A stretch of 64,000 nt of DNA from Rhodothermales bacterium (GTDB lineage: Bacteria > Bacteroidota > Rhodothermia > Rhodothermales > VXPQ01). Location of the stretch: NCBI GenBank assembly GCA_965232485.1, contig OZ246975.1, forward strand, positions 1,624,663 to 1,688,662, given 5' to 3'. Below the pieces are notes generated by a model. That model saw nothing but the letters and a program-made list of their open reading frames with translations, was not told the origin of the DNA and made no database searches. The position numbers were made by a program, and so were the translations under genes. Shown here piece after piece: positions 59,404 through 64,000 of this stretch (positions within the stretch are counted from its first letter, which is position 1; every line of letters starts with the position of its first letter).

Positions 59404-60132
59404 ATGCGTATAAAACATCGCATACAGGATATTTTCTGGAAGCTAGGCATCGACGTATCTCGCTCGCGCTCCCTCTACCATCCTCTTGGAAGAAAAAAAT
59501 TCCTGCTGGAGAAGAATAATATCGACGTAGTCCTGGACGTGGGAGCCAATGTCGGGCAAACCGGGCATGAACTACGAAAACATCTTGGATACAAAGGAAA
59601 AATAATATCTTTCGAACCTTTGCAGGAGGCCTATACGTTACTTCAGAAGAAAGCCAACGCCGACCCTCTATGGGAAGTCTTCAATTTTGCGCTAGGTGAC
59701 AGTGAAGAAAAAAGACATATTCATATTTCGGAAAATTTGGTAAGTAGTTCTTTTCTGGATATGCTCCCTCTGCATGTCAAGGCAGCGCCTTCTTCAATCT
59801 ATAAAGGCAAACAGAAAATATGCATTAAAACATTAGATTCAATATTTTATCATATATTCCAGGAACAGAATAGGATTTTTATGAAAATAGATACACAGGG
59901 ATTTGATAGTCGAGTTATTCAAGGAGCGACAAAATCGCTGCCTTGTATAGAACTTGTCCAGATAGAAATGTTTCTTACTCCATTGTACAAAGGCGAAATT
60001 ATGATAGATGAAATGATTGGCCTCATGGAAGAAAATTATTTTCGGATGATCGCCCTGGAACCTGGATTTATGGATCCTGTTTCAGGACATACATTGCAGG
60101 TGGATGGCATTTTTCAGCGGATTGGGGAATGA
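59404..60132 (+). CDS. FkbM family methyltransferase
   Basis: VLDVGANVGQ, ISFEP, SSS, MKIDTQG. Confidence 0.9.
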   Translation: MRIKHRIQDIFWKLGIDVSRSRSLYHPLGRKKFLLEKNNIDVVLDVGANVGQTGHELRKHLGYKGKIISFEPLQEAYTLLQKKANADPLWEVFNFALGDSEEKRHIHISENLVSSSFLDMLPLHVKAAPSSIYKGKQKICIKTLDSIFYHIFQEQNRIFMKIDTQGFDSRVIQGATKSLPCIELVQIEMFLTPLYKGEIMIDEMIGLMEENYFRMIALEPGFMDPVSGHTLQVDGIFQRIGE

Positions 60133-60224
60133 AAGTACAGCGAATGTAAACGGAACAAACGTGCTATGCAGTGTCTTAGACGCTACTGAGGCTTGTCAAG
60201 TCATCTCAAACCACAGTTTACCCA

Positions 60225-60959
60225 ATGATAGACCGTTGGAAGAAATTAATGGGATTGTGTAGGCATCCTGTCTTTATCTCGCCGCTGATACGTCATGGGA
60301 TAGCTGCAGGCATAGAGCATTATTCTTTGGTGCAATACCTTGCTCCGGGTACTTTGATAGATGCAGGTGCGAACAAAGGGCAATTTTCGCTGCTGGTACG
60401 TAAATTATTCCCGAAAACCCGGATCATCGCCTTCGAACCGCTCCCGAAAGCAGCAGATCGCTACGAACGGCTTTTTCGCGATGACAAACACACGACATTA
60501 CACCGTCTCGCACTGGATGTCAACTCCGGCGAGCGCACCTTTTACGTGGCGGATCGTGGCGACTCCTCGTCCCTGTTTCGTCCGATCCGAGGATTGCGTG
60601 TGGCTTTCGGTAGTACACTATCTCACGAAATATCTGTTCAAACTGTTCGCCTGGACAAAATGATTGACCCAAAGGATTTATCCACCCCCGTATTGCTGAA
60701 AATAGACGTACAAGGCGCCGAACAACAGGTTATCCAATCTGCAAGCCACCTGTTAGATTATATCGATCATATTTACGTAGAGATTTTATTTGCAGAACTG
60801 TACGATGGCCAATCCCGTGTCAATAATGTATTCCGCGAGTTAGACACAAAAGGCTATCGTATGCGTGGTGTATTCAATCAGGTGATCACGTCAGAATACA
60901 ACGCCACATGCGCCGATGTACTCTTTACTCGTGATCGCACAAAAAATATCCTGGAATAG
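60225..60959 (+). CDS. FkbM family methyltransferase
   Basis: IDAGANKGQF, AFEP, SSSL, LKIDVQGAE. Confidence 0.9.
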   Translation: MIDRWKKLMGLCRHPVFISPLIRHGIAAGIEHYSLVQYLAPGTLIDAGANKGQFSLLVRKLFPKTRIIAFEPLPKAADRYERLFRDDKHTTLHRLALDVNSGERTFYVADRGDSSSLFRPIRGLRVAFGSTLSHEISVQTVRLDKMIDPKDLSTPVLLKIDVQGAEQQVIQSASHLLDYIDHIYVEILFAELYDGQSRVNNVFRELDTKGYRMRGVFNQVITSEYNATCADVLFTRDRTKNILE

Positions 60960-60970
60960 CGATATGTCTG

Positions 60971-62161
60971 TCATTTCCCCGTTCCAATTTTCTCGGCGTG
61001 GCGAACCGCGGCTTCAAGGCCATCCACCATCCTGTCGAGCGTCAGGTGCTCCTTCGCGTAGGCCAACGCGTTCGTCGAGTATCGATCCTGATCCGCCAGT
61101 ACCTCTCGAACACTCGCCGCCAATGCTTCGGAAGTATTCCCCGAACACAGTACACCCGTTTTTCCGGAATGAACGTATTCTACCTCGGGACTATGAAACT
61201 TCACCCCCCCGGCGCTTTCAGGATGACGTAGCGAGACTACTGGTACGCCAAAGGCAAACGCATGATTCACGGCCAAGCCAAGGTACCCCGGCATAAGCAT
61301 CGCATCCGAAGCATACAACCAGGGAGCCGCTTCCTCGAGCAACAAGGAACCAAGAAACCGAACGCCTTGCAGCGAACGAGTCGATACCGCCTTCTCCATT
61401 GCTGCCCGCTCCGGTCCATCACCGATAATTAACAGGGTTCCAGGCGCATCTTTCGTAAAAATCTCCCAGGTTTCGAGAAGCATGTCCGTCCCCTTTCCCC
61501 GGATAAGCCGACCTATATAGACCAAAACAGGGCCGTCGGGGGAAATGGAAAGTCGCCGACGAACCCCCTGTTTCCCCTCTGCGGCCAGTGCTTCCCGTTG
61601 CGCAAACATGGGGCCCAGATCCATCGTGTTTCGAGCCACAAAAATATTGCTCTCGGGGACAAAAGGGCGCAGCAAATTCGCACGGCCTTCCGTATAGCAA
61701 GCGCACCCCTCTACCTCTCTTGCCAGCGCCAAACGGTACTTGTCCAAAACATGACGCCTCGGATTGAATACCCTGTAGTTCGACGAAAAATGCCCCCAGA
61801 GTACCCGCCCCGCTCCAAGCGACTTGGCGTAACGCAATAAAAAAGGCAACGTAACGGAACGCGGACTCTCCTCTGCAAGAATCGCCGCCGGCGGACCATG
61901 ACGGTCAAAAACGCGACGAAACGGCTGCGCGTGCATTTTTTCCCCGAAAAACCAGTGATTTCGAAGGAATACCTCCTTGTACGCGGGCTCACTTTTCCGG
62001 ACCAGATTTCCCAGCGAAGAAGTTCCCGGAGGGGCGCCGGAACACACGACCAGCCGTCCGTTGAGACGTTCGTTCAACTTCTCCAGTACCGGAACACGGT
62101 ACCAAAAAATTATCCGATAGAAAAAATATACCGGGCGATCGCTGGAAGACATGGCGGCCAT
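60971..62161 (-). CDS. glycosyltransferase family 4
   Basis: YRVPV, YIGRLIRGKG, IIGDGPER, PGYLGLAVNHAFAFGVPV. Confidence 0.88.
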   Translation of the reverse strand: MAAMSSSDRPVYFFYRIIFWYRVPVLEKLNERLNGRLVVCSGAPPGTSSLGNLVRKSEPAYKEVFLRNHWFFGEKMHAQPFRRVFDRHGPPAAILAEESPRSVTLPFLLRYAKSLGAGRVLWGHFSSNYRVFNPRRHVLDKYRLALAREVEGCACYTEGRANLLRPFVPESNIFVARNTMDLGPMFAQREALAAEGKQGVRRRLSISPDGPVLVYIGRLIRGKGTDMLLETWEIFTKDAPGTLLIIGDGPERAAMEKAVSTRSLQGVRFLGSLLLEEAAPWLYASDAMLMPGYLGLAVNHAFAFGVPVVSLRHPESAGGVKFHSPEVEYVHSGKTGVLCSGNTSEALAASVREVLADQDRYSTNALAYAKEHLTLDRMVDGLEAAVRHAEKIGTGK

Positions 62162-62272
62162 TAGAACGGCAAGTTAAATGGGATCAAGCAGGCTCGTAGT
62201 ACGACCTCGGACGGCATTAGTTCAGATTGATCTTAATTTTTAAGGATGCACTTAAAATTCGTGTACATGGCT

Positions 62273-63103
62273 TCATGATTGGTGGCGCCAACATCTTGGC
62301 AGCACCAATGTGCGTTTGTTCGTATTATCCCTGTCCAGAGGATGAGGAAACATGTTCCGATACATGCCCTGCTCGAATCGATCATTTCGATAGAATGTAA
62401 ACTCGGCCACTCGCGGAATCTCGAATTCGCTTCCCTTGACGGAACCACAACAATTATTGGGATGAATATGCACCACGCTGTGAGCACATAGAAGCTTATC
62501 AAAAACATTGTACGCAAGCGTAAAAAATGTTCGATTGAACAACGCTTGCAGGTTATGAAATTCGATAATGATGATTCTAAATTGCGACAATAGCTCTGGC
62601 GAAGCTCGCATCAGTGTTTCGTATTCCATACCCTCTATATCCATTTGCAGGATTAGATCGCCCTTGTACTCAGGTATCTTGCCCTGCTTCCATTCGTCGA
62701 GCGTCATAAAAATTTCGTTGGAAAATGCACCCACAAATTTCTTCTCAAATTCAAAATTGGAGTGAGCCTGCGGCGCCACCGGCACCGAATAGTCCGCCAG
62801 ATACACCTGCATGCCCTGATCGGCCAAATCTACTTCAAAGCGCGACTCCGTGGAAACGCCAGGCGAGAAGCCATATTCGATCCCGTCCAGATCATCAGGC
62901 AAAAGGTAGCCACCGTCGCCATCGGGACCTAACCGGATCAGCGGCAAACCGGTTTCAAGAGGATGTAACCTGCGGATGAGCCTGTCCAGCGTGTCGGGCG
63001 ACGTACGCCCACCCAACACACCCGCTGGCTTCTGCTGGGCGATATCCACGCCCAATGCACCAGATAACCGAACAATGCAGTCTTTAAGCGTTGCTATAAT
63101 CAA
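62273..63103 (-). CDS. FkbM-like methyltransferase
   Basis: LIRLGPDGDGGY, FSPGV, LQMDIEGMEY, IEFH, VHIHPNNC. Confidence 0.8.
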   Translation of the reverse strand: MIIATLKDCIVRLSGALGVDIAQQKPAGVLGGRTSPDTLDRLIRRLHPLETGLPLIRLGPDGDGGYLLPDDLDGIEYGFSPGVSTESRFEVDLADQGMQVYLADYSVPVAPQAHSNFEFEKKFVGAFSNEIFMTLDEWKQGKIPEYKGDLILQMDIEGMEYETLMRASPELLSQFRIIIIEFHNLQALFNRTFFTLAYNVFDKLLCAHSVVHIHPNNCCGSVKGSEFEIPRVAEFTFYRNDRFEQGMYRNMFPHPLDRDNTNKRTLVLPRCWRHQS

Positions 63104-63299
63104 GGGTTCGTTTAGAAATAGTCCAGAGAATAAGAGGGTATGGTATTATGGATGCAATTTCTTATACGGATGGCAACATGTCAAGTTTCCTCTGTGCCAA
63201 TAAAGAATGAGACACGTTCGTACATTAAATAGCGTAGCATTTAGGGCGATGAGCATCGGCATTTTTTGTGCGGTTTCGTTTGCCCCAAATCATCACACC

Positions 63300-63493
63300 C
63301 TATCGGTCGTCATGGAATCGAACAATCTGTCATCCCAGACGCTTCCGCAGGAGTCCAAGCCATCGCCGACGCCCTTGAAAAACTCTGCGATCCGAAGCGC
63401 TGGACCGAGATGTCCATCCAGGCGAGACAACGCTTTGAAAGCGCCTTCGCACCGGAGCGCATACGGGAAAAATGGCTGGAATTGGTGCGGTGA
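63300..63493 (+). pseudogene. C-terminal fragment of a GT-B glycosyltransferase
   Basis: ...AIADALEKLCDPKRWTEMSIQARQRFESAFAPERIREKWLELVR* is a typical GT4 C-terminal helix; the N-terminal part is absent. Confidence 0.5.
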
Positions 63494-63499
63494 AAAATA

Positions 63500-63810
63500 A
63501 CCCTAGAAAAAACGAATCCGTTTCCTGCATAAGACAAATCATGTCTCGACGCGAATCCGGGGCGTGGTTCTTCGGACACGGTGTCCATCTCATACCACAA
63601 ATGAAACCAGTTTACGGTAAGCCATTCTGCCAATCTGACAAGAGGCGCCATAATATTTTCGACATACCTCTTCTTATACCGGTCGTACAAGTAGGTAGCC
63701 ACATCATCTTCGTCCTCTCCGAATCGAATGGAAAGGCGCGCCATCGTATGCTCTGCCGCCTGATCCGGGTATGATCCAGCCTGTATCCAGTTGTATTCAA
63801 ATAAAGCCAT
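63500..63810 (-). pseudogene. truncated hypothetical protein
   Basis: Protein-like stretch MALFEYNW...PLVRLAEWLTVNWFHLWYE...RHDLSYAGNGFVF then runs antisense into the GT fragment. Confidence 0.4.
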
Positions 63811-63877
63811 TACTCCAGACCTGTAACGTGATCGTGCGGTTCCAGAGGGTATTACCATAGCGATCCCGAAAAAAACC

Positions 63878-64000
63878 CTAACCCGCCAGTGCGAGGAACA
63901 TCGTAGCCCCCATGCCGATCAGCGCAAGCGCTACGGTAACCCCTATGCCGATCATCCACCGCTGCATGCTCATGATCTTTTCTGTCATACGCGTCTCCAT
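63878..64000 (-). CDS. C-terminus of a coiled-coil + TM protein (DUF1640-like), partial
   Basis: METRMTEKIMSMQRWMIGIGVTVALALIGMGATMFLALAG*; begins beyond the window. Confidence 0.5.
   Translation of the reverse strand: METRMTEKIMSMQRWMIGIGVTVALALIGMGATMFLALAG

Noticed and set aside
1-64000. tRNA, rRNA, integrase or reverse transcriptase genes
   Set aside because: None recognised by eye. A tRNAscan/Infernal run would be needed to exclude short RNAs.

Overview
GC-rich bacterial chromosome segment. The gene content (T9SS C-terminal sorting domain, DUF5687-type ABC permeases, fused SucA/Kgd, HprK, FloA, DUF2795) points to Rhodothermota or a related FCB lineage. The plant-type LRR protein suggests a host-associated, possibly sponge-symbiont, organism (inference). 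Layout: (1) 1-10.8 kb is a rearranged accessory zone with IS3 remnants, an intact Gabija-like OLD nuclease + UvrD pair, a broken type I hsdS fused to a duplicated rhodanese fragment, and three paralogous permease copies. (2) 10.8-22.3 kb is housekeeping (M16 peptidase, STAS protein, uvrB, rpmE, pspA, CNNM/CBS protein, floA, moaC). (3) 22.3-27.2 kb is a low-GC surface-protein island: two unrelated lipoproteins share a 118-bp inverted leader duplication, two divergent promoter-like sequences carry poly-G tracts in their spacers, and it also holds a hairpin-rich intergenic region, an AT-rich beta-barrel gene and an LRR-metallopeptidase-T9SS protein. (4) 27.3-51.8 kb is housekeeping (dtd, rdgB, rpsU, sucA, rlmD, BamA/TamA, hprK, moxR, fmt, ftsY, ispG, rhomboid, PBP1A, ispE). 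(5) 52-64 kb is a surface polysaccharide locus with three FkbM-type methyltransferases. A MITE-like repeat family occurs six times, five of them at the stop codon of a gene. No rRNA, tRNA or CRISPR array was recognised. All calls come from reading motifs by eye; no database searches were run.
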